Positions 48,112-57,944 of a stretch of 64,000 bases of DNA are shown here, piece after piece. The DNA is taken from positions 7,638-71,637 of the forward strand of contig CAYGJA010000004.1 of the NCBI GenBank assembly GCA_964350165.1, in the 5' to 3' direction. Both the position numbers and the translations under genes were made by a program. This DNA is from an uncultured Candidatus Saccharibacteria bacterium (GTDB taxonomy: Bacteria > Patescibacteriota > Minisyncoccia > Phycocordibacterales > UBA1006). The notes beneath the pieces are model-generated. The model was not told the DNA's origin, ran no database searches, and saw only the letters and a list, made by a program, of their open reading frames with translations. Numbering within the stretch: the stretch's first letter is position 1; each line of letters starts with the position of its first letter.

Positions 48112-51100
48112 TTATTGTGATTCCGTTGATGTTGAGGTTTCTTCTACTGGAACGGTGCTTGCTTCTTGGGGAGGGGTTTCTGATACTTCTTCTACTGGTT
48201 CCTCTGCCGGCTCAACGATTGTTTCCTCTTCTGTGACTACCACCGGTTCCTCTGTTGCTGGCTCTTGGGTATCCAGGCCGTCATTAGTGCTGGTAGCTAG
48301 CGGTTCGGTCGATGTGGCGCCGGTTTCTACTGATGGTTCTTGTGTGGGGTTGCTTTCTTCTGAGGAGGAAGAATTATCTGTTGTTTCAACCGAACTTGCC
48401 CCCATAACCTGAGGCTCTGGTTCACCAAAGACTTCCCGGAAGTCATCTTCGGTGACACAAACATCACCAACACAAAGCTCGGTAGTGGCTACTTTTGGTG
48501 CCAGAATGCCTCGACTAAATTCAATCAAACCTTCATAAACACCGACGATATAGCTCCCCACCTGATCAGCGCTTTCACCGACCCTGCTACTCAACTCCTG
48601 AATTGCTCCAATCAAAGCAGGTACCAAATCAGCAAAACGAACCGAGATATAATCTTCGGGGTTATCAGTCTCTCTGATGTACTGAGGAGCAATGGTTTTT
48701 ACTTCCTGAGCGATCAAACCAAAAGGAATGGGTCCATAATCGTGCCTAGGATTGTCTGGAAGCCATTCAAAGGACTTGATATCAAATTGACCAAGAAAAG
48801 CCAAGGCGCTGTCTGTTGGAGTGGCGATGTTGGTCTTGAGGCGTTGATCAGAAACAGTGGTGTCAATCGTTTCGTTTCCAACATAAAGTGTCGCTGATCC
48901 AGCTCCATTAGAAGCATCATCAATAAGGTTGTTGGTAGAAGTGGCCCCAATGGTAATACCACCCGTTGTCTGAGTCTGGCCATTAATACGAACAATGTCA
49001 TTATCAAACTCTCCATAAAGCAAAGGAGTGGTGGAGGAGGAGTTATCTAAATAAAGTTTGTTGGAACCGGTTTCGGAGTAGCCGGCTTGGTAACCCAGAA
49101 AAAGATTGCTAGAACCAGTACTATTAGAATAACCTGCCTGATAGCCAAGAGCGGTGGTGCTAGCTCCGGTGGTGTTGTTGTAGCCAGAATGGTAACCAAT
49201 AAAAATGTTAGCATCAGCGATATTGTTTCTACCAGCGGAAGATCCAATCATTATATTACGATCCCCCTCTGTTCCGATTGAATTGACACGCTCTCCGATT
49301 AAAACGTTATCTGCTCCAGTAACATTAACAGCACCAGCCATTCTACCCAAAAAAACGTTTTGTGAAGCTAGATTATTTGCGCCAGCCGCCCAACCAAAAA
49401 AAGAATTTGCTGAGCTGGCAGAAGTAAGCCCGGCCCCTGCCGCCACACCAACCGCCAAATTAGAACCACTATTTGTACGAATAATGCTAGTTCCATTCAT
49501 GCTTAGCTCAGTTCCGCTGGCGTTTACGGTTGCGTACCCGCTCAAATCTAAAGCCTCAGACCAGAATAAGTTCCCTGTCGCATCAGAAGCCAGCAGTTGT
49601 CCAGACGTGGTAGCGTCTGTGTCTGGAAGGACCCAGATTTGGTTGCCACTCAAAGCGGGAGCTTCGAAACCAACGTAGTTGGAGCCTTCGTAGAAGCGAA
49701 GTTCGTTGTTGGAGCCGCCAAGGTTAAGGGTGCCGTTGATGGTGACTAGGTCATTATCAAACTCTCCATAAATCAAAGGAGTGGTGGAGGAGGAGTTATC
49801 TAAGTAGAGTTTGTTGGAACCGGTTTCGGAATATCCGGCTTGGTAACCAAGGAAGAGATTGTTGGAGCCGGCCGTATTAGTGAAACCAGACTGGTAGCCA
49901 AGGAAAAGGTTCGAGTTACCAGTAATATTGTTGACACCAGACTGGTTTCCAATAAAGAGGTTCAGGGTTCCGGAGGTATTGTCGTAACCGGAATAATATC
50001 CCAAGAAGATATTGTCATCAGCGTCGGTGCTGGCACCAGAAAGAGTACCCAGGAAAAGGTTTCGATCACCAGACACCCCAAGGACTCCGGCACCGGAACC
50101 ATGACCAAGCATTATGTTGTCATCTCCGTCACGATAATAAGAAACATTGTAGCCAACATAGAAGTTTCTGGATCCAGAATTATTTCCGTAACCAGTACAA
50201 GGACCAATGAAGATATTCTGTCCACCACTAATGTTTCCAGCTCCGGTACAGAGAGCACCAACGAAGGTGTTGTTGACACCAGTAGTGTTGACACGACCAG
50301 AGTCTTCACCGACAAAGGTGTTACCCCAACCAGTGGTGTTGAAGCCACCGGCATCATCACCAATGAAGGTATTATAACTACCAGCGTTACCAGTACCGTT
50401 GGCACCGCCGGCGTTTTTTCCGATAGCGGTAAATGAGCCCTTGGTGTTGCCTTTACCAGCTTGGTAGCCGATGGCTACGATGGAGCTGGCGGTGTTGCTT
50501 GCACCGGCGTTGTAGCCAAGAAAAGTGTTGTTGCTGGTAGAGGTGGCGCCGTTGCCGGCGTTGGTGCCAACATACGTATTATTAGAGCCTACTGTGTTGG
50601 CATATCCAGACTGATAACCCAGGAAAAGATTACTAGAACCAGTACTATTAGAATAACCTGCCTGATAGCCAAGAGCGGTGGTGCTAGTTCCAGTGGTATT
50701 ACTATAGCCAGCTTCATAGCCCAAAAAAGAAAGACCAGCTCCACTAGTGTTGGCGTCACCAGTACGATAACCAACGAAAATATTTCCATCACTAGTAGTC
50801 TTAGAACCAGCACGAGAACCGACGGCGACGTTTCTGTTGCCGTTTCCAGAACTGCCAGCCGCATACCCGATGAGGACATTGTCCCAACCAGTGGTGTTGG
50901 CACTACCAGAATTTGATCCCATAAATACATTTTGCCAACCGGTGTTACTGATTCCGGACCCATAACCAAAGAAGTTGTTGAGCGCTCCTCCGGTTCCAGA
51001 CAACGTACCAACAGAGGTTACTGATCCAGCGGAAGTGAGTGCTCTTACTCCATTCATGCTTAGCTCAGTTCCGCTGGCGTTTACTCCCGCATATCTACTC

Positions 51101-51540
51101 GAATCAAGACCATCAAAATAATCTGCTTCTCGAGCAGCAGGAACCATACCCAACGCGATAATACCAACTGGCGTACTATATGAAGGAGAGCCACCGGTAC
51201 CATCAACAGTAATACGCAGATAAAGTGTCTGATTGAGGTCAATCCCAACCAAAGTAACATCCGACCCAAGAGTTACGTTAAAAATACCGTTCGTAACAGT
51301 GGCTTGCCCTGCATTGGCGGTGTCGTGATATTCGGTCCAGATAACCGTGCTACAGTCGCTGGCAGAACAAAGTTCGAATTTGATATTGTAATTACCATTG
51401 GCGGTACTACCCGCGTCTTTGAGTTTTCCCTGAAAATTAAGAGTTTGAGAAAAATTGGAAGCCTGAAGGGAAAAAGCAGGAATCAAAAAGAAACCTATAA
51501 CAAGCAGGAACAGGCACCACTTTTTTTGGGCAGAATTCAT
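48112..51540 (-). CDS. Large secreted Gly/Asn-repeat (adhesin or tail-fibre-like) protein with peptidase S74-like chaperone domain and acidic tail
   Basis: Signal peptide; LNFQGKL...GIFNVTLG N-domain; many NxFxGYxAG repeats; SDQRLK...GLIAQEV...LVPALIGAIQEL; LCVGDVCVTE; E/T-rich tail. Confidence 0.85.
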   Translation of the reverse strand: MNSAQKKWCLFLLVIGFFLIPAFSLQASNFSQTLNFQGKLKDAGSTANGNYNIKFELCSASDCSTVIWTEYHDTANAGQATVTNGIFNVTLGSDVTLVGIDLNQTLYLRITVDGTGGSPSYSTPVGIIALGMVPAAREADYFDGLDSSRYAGVNASGTELSMNGVRALTSAGSVTSVGTLSGTGGALNNFFGYGSGISNTGWQNVFMGSNSGSANTTGWDNVLIGYAAGSSGNGNRNVAVGSRAGSKTTSDGNIFVGYRTGDANTSGAGLSFLGYEAGYSNTTGTSTTALGYQAGYSNSTGSSNLFLGYQSGYANTVGSNNTYVGTNAGNGATSTSNNTFLGYNAGASNTASSIVAIGYQAGKGNTKGSFTAIGKNAGGANGTGNAGSYNTFIGDDAGGFNTTGWGNTFVGEDSGRVNTTGVNNTFVGALCTGAGNISGGQNIFIGPCTGYGNNSGSRNFYVGYNVSYYRDGDDNIMLGHGSGAGVLGVSGDRNLFLGTLSGASTDADDNIFLGYYSGYDNTSGTLNLFIGNQSGVNNITGNSNLFLGYQSGFTNTAGSNNLFLGYQAGYSETGSNKLYLDNSSSTTPLIYGEFDNDLVTINGTLNLGGSNNELRFYEGSNYVGFEAPALSGNQIWVLPDTDATTSGQLLASDATGNLFWSEALDLSGYATVNASGTELSMNGTSIIRTNSGSNLAVGVAAGAGLTSASSANSFFGWAAGANNLASQNVFLGRMAGAVNVTGADNVLIGERVNSIGTEGDRNIMIGSSAGRNNIADANIFIGYHSGYNNTTGASTTALGYQAGYSNSTGSSNLFLGYQAGYSETGSNKLYLDNSSSTTPLLYGEFDNDIVRINGQTQTTGGITIGATSTNNLIDDASNGAGSATLYVGNETIDTTVSDQRLKTNIATPTDSALAFLGQFDIKSFEWLPDNPRHDYGPIPFGLIAQEVKTIAPQYIRETDNPEDYISVRFADLVPALIGAIQELSSRVGESADQVGSYIVGVYEGLIEFSRGILAPKVATTELCVGDVCVTEDDFREVFGEPEPQVMGASSVETTDNSSSSEESNPTQEPSVETGATSTEPLATSTNDGLDTQEPATEEPVVVTEEETIVEPAEEPVEEVSETPPQEASTVPVEETSTSTESQ
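48997..51084. repeat. Intragenic direct repeats in the large surface protein
   Basis: 48997-49095 resembles 49750-49848; 49109-49163 = 50633-50687 (55 bp identical); 49492-49527 = 51049-51084 (36 bp identical). Confidence 0.85.
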
Positions 51541-51631
51541 ACCAGCATTGTACTACGAAAAACAATGCCTCATCTTTAAAAAGTGGATTCGGATTGTAAT
51601 CTTTTTCGGAATAAATTATGATGAAAATCTC

Positions 51632-51705
51632 GGGCGATTAGCTCAGTTGGCTAGAGCGCATCATTGACGTTGATGAGGTCACAGGTTCGAGCCCTGTATC
51701 GCCCA
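51632..51705 (+). tRNA. tRNA-Val(GAC)
   Basis: GGGCGATTAGCTCAGTTGG...CATCA-TT GAC GT-TGATG...GGTTCGAGCCC...TCGCCCA; CCA not encoded. Confidence 0.96.
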
Positions 51706-51865
51706 CTTGCAACATGAGGCCCCATTCCAAAAGAATGGGGCTTTTTGTTACATAGGCGCACAGGGCTCGAACCGTAGGTTCCGATTTTTAAGGAGTTTGC
51801 GACTATAAAAATCGTGAATTTCGGAACAAGCGCAGCTTGTGAGAGGCGAGCCCTGTATCGCCCAC
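51706..51865 (+). repeat. tRNA-Val-linked structured element ending in a 19-bp direct copy of the tRNA 3' end
   Basis: Terminator GCCCCATTC/GAATGGGGC+T5; perfect 14-bp inverted T-arm copy 51760-51773; 51847-51865 = 51688-51706. Confidence 0.85.
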
Positions 51866-51910
51866 CCAAAAACCTTTGCAGAAAAGATTCTTTTCCTGCA
51901 TATTAAAAAA

Positions 51911-53071
51911 ATGAAAATCCTAGCCATTGAAACCAGTTGTGACGAAACCTCGATTGCGATCATCGAGGCTATTTCTGATACTTCGATTCGGGTTCTGTCC
52001 CACGTCGTCCTCTCTCAGGTGGCTATTCACGCCGAATATGGCGGTGTCTACCCCGCCCTAGCCAAACGCGAACATGCCAAAAACCTCGTCCCCGTTCTGG
52101 AACAAGCCCTCCGCGAAGCCAATCTCTACCAAGCAGGCCAGACTGCCATGCCGGCCAACATCGAACAAATCCTAGAACGAGAACCGGATTTGTTTGGGAA
52201 TTTTACGGCTTTTTTGAAAAAGACAGCGATGCCGGGTATCGATCAGATTGTGGTTACCCAAGGCCCGGGATTGGAGCCGGCCCTGTGGGTTGGTGTTAAT
52301 TTTGCCAAAGCTCTGGCGGCGGCTTGGAATGTTCCGCTGACCCCGGTCAACCATATGGAGGGGCATATTCTGTCTGTCCTCATCCAAGAAAAGACCGATT
52401 CGGAAATAACACTGGCAGATATCACCTACCCTGCCTTGGCCTTACTTGTCTCCGGCGGACACACCGAAATCGTCCTCATGGACGAACCAGGAAATTATCG
52501 CCTGATTGGCAAAACCCAAGACGATGCTGCCGGTGAAGCCTTTGACAAAGCCGCCCGCATCCTGGACCTCCCTTATCCTGGCGGGCCAGAAATCAGTCGC
52601 CTGGCCGAGCAGGGCCTCCCCAACGAAGCCATCAATCTCCCTCGCCCCATGATTGATTCGGGCACTTATGATTTTTCTTTTTCTGGGCTCAAGACAGCCG
52701 CGCTGTATCTGGTGCGAGACCTGGGCGGTATCGAAACATTGTCTGACCAAACCAAAGCCGATATTGCCCGAGAATTCCAAAATGCGGCCCTGGATGTACT
52801 TTCCAAAAAAACCTTGGCGGCTTTTACTGAATTTTCTTGCCAGACCCTGATTGTCGGTGGCGGAGTATCTGCTAATCGAGCCCTACGCAAGATGCTTCGA
52901 GAAAAACTAACAGCCATCGACCCTGCGGCCAAGTTACTATTGCCTGGCCCAGGACTTTCTACCGACAATGCCCTCATGATTGCGCTGGTTGGCCTGTTCC
53001 AGATTAAATCCGGCAAACTTCCGACAACTGATTTTGTTGCAGAGGGAAGGCTTTCTATTGCCAATAACTAA
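51911..53071 (+). CDS. tsaD: tRNA N6-threonylcarbamoyltransferase TsaD
   Basis: AIETSCDET, GPGL, NHMEGH, LLVSGGHT, DDAAGEAFDK, FSFSGLKT, TDNALMI. Confidence 0.97.
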   Translation: MKILAIETSCDETSIAIIEAISDTSIRVLSHVVLSQVAIHAEYGGVYPALAKREHAKNLVPVLEQALREANLYQAGQTAMPANIEQILEREPDLFGNFTAFLKKTAMPGIDQIVVTQGPGLEPALWVGVNFAKALAAAWNVPLTPVNHMEGHILSVLIQEKTDSEITLADITYPALALLVSGGHTEIVLMDEPGNYRLIGKTQDDAAGEAFDKAARILDLPYPGGPEISRLAEQGLPNEAINLPRPMIDSGTYDFSFSGLKTAALYLVRDLGGIETLSDQTKADIAREFQNAALDVLSKKTLAAFTEFSCQTLIVGGGVSANRALRKMLREKLTAIDPAAKLLLPGPGLSTDNALMIALVGLFQIKSGKLPTTDFVAEGRLSIANN

Positions 53072-53085
53072 TTCAAAATTACTAA

Positions 53086-54285
53086 ATGAAGAGCTCGAAC
53101 ATAAAGGGGAATATTTGGAAATTTGCAGTCCACTCCATCACAAACAAGAGGACCTATATGACCTTTTTAAGTATCTTCTTTTTAACCATGCCCGACGCGA
53201 CAACAAAGATGGTGGGACTGCTAACTCTAGCCGGGCAATTGGCTGGATTTATTTTCGAAGTACCGAGCGGGTATGTCTCGGACAGAATAGGACACAGAAA
53301 TGCTCTACTAATTGCTCGCATAGCTATGGTTCTTTCTACTGCTTGCTACATCTTTGCAGACAATACCGCCTGGTTTTTTGCTGGTTCAATACTACTTGCA
53401 ATTGGTTTAGCATTTGTCAGTGGTACCGGCAGCGCTCTCATGCATAACACACTTACCGCTATCAAAAGAGAAACCGAATATGCAAAAATTATGGGCCGCA
53501 TCAAATCGCTAGGTTTTGGGGTACCGGTTATCTTTATACTATTGCTCCCTGTTTTAGCCGAATCAAGTTTTCAGATTGCTTTTATTGTTGCGCTAGTTAT
53601 CGATATAATCGGCCTCCTTGCTGTTATTGCCATGGCAGAACCAGACTCAAAAAAATACGAAGTTGAAGAGGTGAAACCAGAAACCTTTTTACAAAATGCA
53701 AAGGAAATGAAAAAACTAGGCTGGCTTCCCTACGTTATTATTACTCAACTTATTTTTGCTCTTTCTTTTGGGGCAACAGCAGGTTTCAAAAATCCTTTTC
53801 AAGAGTCTCTCGGCTTCTCTATTTCGATGCTCGGAGTTTTGTGGGCAGCTTCAAGAGTTTTTATTTCTGCCCTCTTGCTCACAAACGGATGGGTCTACAA
53901 GACATTTACCTACAAGCAATACATTACTTTGCACAGCACAGTATATGCTCTGAGCTTTATGGGAATCCTATTCACTAACAACATGTGGATTGTAGCCAGC
54001 TTGTTCCTAATTGGAAATGTATTTGGCTGGGGGCTCACTGCCGCAAGTGATCAATATACCCTGGAATTCATTGGTAAAAGTAAATCAAAAGCAACCCTGA
54101 TATCAATCAGTCAACTTATCCAAAAAATATTCGCCGCCGGTACTGGCTTGCTAATGGGAATACTAGTCTTCAACTTAGGTTATAACAAAGCATACTTTGT
54201 TATCGGGCTTTTGATTCTTTTGACTGTTTTTACGGCAATAGTGCTTCTGCCTCGGTTTCATCCACAAGAACCAAAAACAGCATAA
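53086..54285 (+). CDS. MFS transporter
   Basis: FEVPSGYVSDRIGHR motif A; about 12 TM helices. Confidence 0.9.
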   Translation: MKSSNIKGNIWKFAVHSITNKRTYMTFLSIFFLTMPDATTKMVGLLTLAGQLAGFIFEVPSGYVSDRIGHRNALLIARIAMVLSTACYIFADNTAWFFAGSILLAIGLAFVSGTGSALMHNTLTAIKRETEYAKIMGRIKSLGFGVPVIFILLLPVLAESSFQIAFIVALVIDIIGLLAVIAMAEPDSKKYEVEEVKPETFLQNAKEMKKLGWLPYVIITQLIFALSFGATAGFKNPFQESLGFSISMLGVLWAASRVFISALLLTNGWVYKTFTYKQYITLHSTVYALSFMGILFTNNMWIVASLFLIGNVFGWGLTAASDQYTLEFIGKSKSKATLISISQLIQKIFAAGTGLLMGILVFNLGYNKAYFVIGLLILLTVFTAIVLLPRFHPQEPKTA

Positions 54286-54411
54286 TTTTCTTCGTACGAG
54301 TCATCGTAGCCCTGCCCCATTTCGCACAGCAAGCTTCTTTTTAACGACGACAAAATCAAACCCGCGAAAAACGGGTTTTATTTTTACAAGAATTCGTCTA
54401 AACTAATCACC

Positions 54412-56622
54412 ATGAACAACCTTCCAGAAAAATTCACCAAACCATACGACGCGGCTACCACCGAGGACCGTATTTACACAATGTGGGAAGAGTCCGGCTA
54501 TTTTAACCCTGATATATGCATCGAAAAAGGTGTCTGTGCAGCTGATGCCGAACATTTTTCAATTGTCTTGCCTCCTCCAAACGTAACTGGAGAGCTCCAC
54601 CTGGGGCACTCGTTTGAGGGGGCGACTCAGGATGCCATGATTCGCTTTGAGCGTATGCGGGGCAAGCGCGCGCTCTGGATACCGGGTACCGACCATGCCG
54701 CCATTGCAACCCAGTCAAAATTTGAAAAAGAGCTCTACAAAAAAGAAAAGAAATCTCGTCATGATTTTTCTCGAGAAGAATTCTTTGACATGGTTCAGGA
54801 ATTTGCTTTCGCCAATCAGGCAACCATCCTAGGCCAGCTCCGCAAAATGGGGTCTTCGCTAGATTGGAGCCGTCTCGCCTTTACCTTGGACAAAGAACGT
54901 GAAAAAGCGGTATTTGAGGCTTTCAAACGGATGCACGAAGCCGGTCTTGTCTACCAAAAAGACCGCGTAGTGAACTGGGACCCCAAAGGCCAAACCACTG
55001 TTTCTGATGACGAAGTAGAGCGAGAAGAAAGAAAGGCAACCATGTATACCTTTAAATACAGCCACGACTTCCCATTCGCCATTGCCACCACTCGCCCCGA
55101 AACTAAAGTCGGCGACACCGCCGTGGCTGTACACCCAGATGATGCTCGTTACCAGCAATACATCGGTCAAGAATATTCCTTTGAATTTGCTGGCGAACCA
55201 GTAACTGTAAAAATAATTGCAGACGAAGTAGTCGAGCCAGAGTTTGGCGTCGGCGCACTTGGAGTTACCCCCGCCCATTCTGTTACAGACTGGGAAATAG
55301 CCGAACGACACGGCCTTCCACTAAAACAGGTCATTAATGAATACGGCAAAATGACCGTCGGCATGGAAGGGGTAGTGGGAGAAAAAACAGCTGTTGCCCG
55401 CGAAGCTGTGGCCGAATGGTTGCGCAGCGAAGGTCTGATGATCCAAGAAGAAGAAATCGAACAAAGCATCGGTGTCGCCGAACGTACCGGTGGAATCATC
55501 GAACCGTTGCCAAAATTACAATGGTGGATCAAGGTGAACAAGACGTTCCCCTACCCTCACGACACCTTGACTGGCATAAAGAAAAACCAAGAAGTATCCC
55601 TCAAAGACCTAATGCTCCATGTCGTAGAATCGGGTCAAACCGAGATTGTCCCAGAGCGTTTTGCCAAAACCTATCGCCACTGGATAACAAATCTTCGTGA
55701 CTGGAACATTAGCCGCCAAATAATGTACGGCCACCAAGTCCCTGCTTGGTACAAGGATTCTGAAATAAAAATATCAGCAGAGTCTCCAGGAGAAGGCTGG
55801 ATTCAAGACTCTGACACTTTGGACACTTGGTTTTCTTCTGGATTATGGACCTTTTCAACTCTAGGCTGGCCAAACTCAGACAACGAATTAGCTAATTTCC
55901 ACCCTACTAATGTAGTGAATCCTGGTTACGAAATACTCCCCCTTTGGGTTTCTCGTATGATTATGATGAGCACTTTTCTGGTAGGACAAGTGCCTTTCAA
56001 GACGGCATTCATTCACGGAATCTTGCGTAATAAAAATGGCCAAAAGTTCAGCAAATCTCTGAATAATGGTATTAACCCGCTCGAGGTGATTGAAAAATAC
56101 GGCACCGACGCCTTGCGTATGTCGCTTATTATTGGGACAACACCTGGTCAGGATGTTACTTTTGATGAACAAAAAGTAAAAGCCTATCGGAAATTCGCCA
56201 ACAAGCTTTGGAACATTACTCGTTTTGTGCTGGAAAACACAGCAGATTATGACCATGCCGGACATGTGCCAGAAATCATTGGTAAGTTTGTGAACCATAG
56301 CAAAACCTTGGAAAATTTAACCAAGGAAATCACTGACGAAATGTCTGATTACAAATATTATCTCGTCGGAGAAAAGCTCTATCATTATGTCTGGCACACT
56401 CTAGCAGACGAAGTCTTAGAAGAACTAAAATCTATCGTCCAAGACGAATCACACCCCGATCGGCTGGCCGCCCAAGCTACATTGTGGGAACTGCTGACCA
56501 CCAGCCTCAAGCTCCTCCATCCTTTTATGCCTTTTGTGACCGAAGAAATCTGGCAGTCTCTCCCAGCGCGTCCAGGCCGAGAGCAACTGATGATCACCAG
56601 CTGGCCAACCAAACAAAAATAA
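54412..56622 (+). CDS. valS: Valine--tRNA ligase (no C-terminal coiled coil)
   Basis: PPPNVTGELHLGH, GTDHAAIATQ, ATTRPET, DWNISRQ, DTLDTWFSS, KFSKS, LLHPFMPFVTEEIW. Confidence 0.97.
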   Translation: MNNLPEKFTKPYDAATTEDRIYTMWEESGYFNPDICIEKGVCAADAEHFSIVLPPPNVTGELHLGHSFEGATQDAMIRFERMRGKRALWIPGTDHAAIATQSKFEKELYKKEKKSRHDFSREEFFDMVQEFAFANQATILGQLRKMGSSLDWSRLAFTLDKEREKAVFEAFKRMHEAGLVYQKDRVVNWDPKGQTTVSDDEVEREERKATMYTFKYSHDFPFAIATTRPETKVGDTAVAVHPDDARYQQYIGQEYSFEFAGEPVTVKIIADEVVEPEFGVGALGVTPAHSVTDWEIAERHGLPLKQVINEYGKMTVGMEGVVGEKTAVAREAVAEWLRSEGLMIQEEEIEQSIGVAERTGGIIEPLPKLQWWIKVNKTFPYPHDTLTGIKKNQEVSLKDLMLHVVESGQTEIVPERFAKTYRHWITNLRDWNISRQIMYGHQVPAWYKDSEIKISAESPGEGWIQDSDTLDTWFSSGLWTFSTLGWPNSDNELANFHPTNVVNPGYEILPLWVSRMIMMSTFLVGQVPFKTAFIHGILRNKNGQKFSKSLNNGINPLEVIEKYGTDALRMSLIIGTTPGQDVTFDEQKVKAYRKFANKLWNITRFVLENTADYDHAGHVPEIIGKFVNHSKTLENLTKEITDEMSDYKYYLVGEKLYHYVWHTLADEVLEELKSIVQDESHPDRLAAQATLWELLTTSLKLLHPFMPFVTEEIWQSLPARPGREQLMITSWPTKQK

Positions 56623-56643
56623 CTTCGGTTATACTACAGGGAC

Positions 56644-57333
56644 ATGTCGATCCCTCCCCAAGAAATAGTAGTGGCTATCATCGCCGGCGTCGTACCCACC
56701 GGACTTTGGTTGTGGTTTTGGCTTTCCGAAGACCATCAACATCCGGAGCCCAGAACCATGCTGATTGCTAGTTTTTTGATTGGCGCCTTAGCGATAGTCT
56801 TAACCCTGCCACCTCAAGAAATCGCCAACACTCTGGTTGGAAACCAGACCTCGTTTCATTTTTTCCTAATTAATTCCGGCATCGAAGAAATAATAAAATT
56901 CGGCCTAGTGTTCCTTTTTATCGCTTTCACTCCCTTTGTTGACGAACCTATCGACTATGCCATCTATCTCATCACCGGAGCCCTAGGGTTTGCAGCGCTA
57001 GAGAACACACTCTATCTTATCGACCCAGTCCGGTCTGTTTTTTCGGATTCAAGTCTTCGAATCATGAGTCTGCGTTTTTTGGGATCAACCCTGCTTCATG
57101 CAGCCATGGCAGCGTTGCTAGGATTAGGTCTGGGCTTAACCTGGCACAAAAAAAAGCGATATCGCTTTTTGGTTTTTGTAGCCACTCTTATCCTCGTTGT
57201 GACTTTGCATGCTGCCTTTAACTTTTTTATAATTAATGGCACAGATAGTTATGTGCTGTTATCTTTGGTGGTTCTCTGGGTCATTGCTATACTAACTATG
57301 TATTTTTTTGAACACGTAAAACATATCAGATAA
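56644..57333 (+). CDS. PrsW-family intramembrane protease
   Basis: HPEP, IEEIIK, ALGFAALEN, LLHA, LHAAFN. Confidence 0.9.
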   Translation: MSIPPQEIVVAIIAGVVPTGLWLWFWLSEDHQHPEPRTMLIASFLIGALAIVLTLPPQEIANTLVGNQTSFHFFLINSGIEEIIKFGLVFLFIAFTPFVDEPIDYAIYLITGALGFAALENTLYLIDPVRSVFSDSSLRIMSLRFLGSTLLHAAMAALLGLGLGLTWHKKKRYRFLVFVATLILVVTLHAAFNFFIINGTDSYVLLSLVVLWVIAILTMYFFEHVKHIR

Positions 57334-57348
57334 TCGTACCTTTCGACC

Positions 57349-57855
57349 ATGTATAAAACCCCTCGCCGCAAATCATTATTCCTTCGTATTTTTGATACTG
57401 TTCGGCTGCGCGAAGATGACGATTTGGATAATGATATTTATGACGAAGAAGACGAGGACCTGGACCTTGCTCCTGATCACCTAGTAGAAGACACCACAGA
57501 AGATGACTATGTCGAAGAAGACCCCGAAGGAGAACTCGGCATTGACATGTACCAAACCCACAACGCCATTGTAATTCAGGCTATTACTGCGGGCGTCAAG
57601 CTGAGTGATATTGATATTGATTTGACCCGAGAACACGTAACCATTCGCGGCACCCGAACCCCTACCCACCGCGTAAGCGAAGAAGATTTTTTCAATCAAG
57701 AAATCTATTGGGGTGCTTTTTCTCGCAGTGTTCAGTTGCCGTTCGAAGTAGACATCGACCAAGCCGAAGCCATCGAAGACCACGGCCTACTCACCATCAC
57801 CCTGCCAAAACTCAACAAAGACCGTCGAGCAGCCCTCAAAGTAAAATCAATCTAA
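57349..57855 (+). CDS. Hsp20/alpha-crystallin protein with acidic N-terminal extension
   Basis: IDMYQT, TIRGTR, EIYWGAFSRSVQLP, GLLTITLPK. Confidence 0.92.
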   Translation: MYKTPRRKSLFLRIFDTVRLREDDDLDNDIYDEEDEDLDLAPDHLVEDTTEDDYVEEDPEGELGIDMYQTHNAIVIQAITAGVKLSDIDIDLTREHVTIRGTRTPTHRVSEEDFFNQEIYWGAFSRSVQLPFEVDIDQAEAIEDHGLLTITLPKLNKDRRAALKVKSI

Positions 57856-57870
57856 GTAAACCTATTTGAT

Positions 57871-57910
57871 CCAAAACAAAAACCTCACAGATGTGAGGTT
57901 TTTGTTTTGG
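57871..57910. terminator. Bidirectional terminator
   Basis: CCAAAACAAAAACCTCACA / TGTGAGGTTTTTGTTTTGG perfect inverted repeat between convergent genes. Confidence 0.85.
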
Positions 57911-57944
57911 ATTTACGGCAAAACATCAAAGAGCAAAGCCCTCG

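Noticed and set aside
48997-51084. Near-identical repeats as a diversity-generating retroelement TR/VR pair
   Set aside because: Both copies are in-frame in one gene, differences are mostly synonymous third-position transitions rather than adenine-specific, and no reverse transcriptase is in the window.
48112-51540. Prophage tail-fibre gene
   Set aside because: It has a Sec signal peptide and there are no capsid, terminase or integrase genes nearby.
54412-56622. valS as a truncated pseudogene
   Set aside because: All catalytic and anticodon-binding motifs are intact; only the C-terminal coiled coil is missing, which is known for short ValRS forms.
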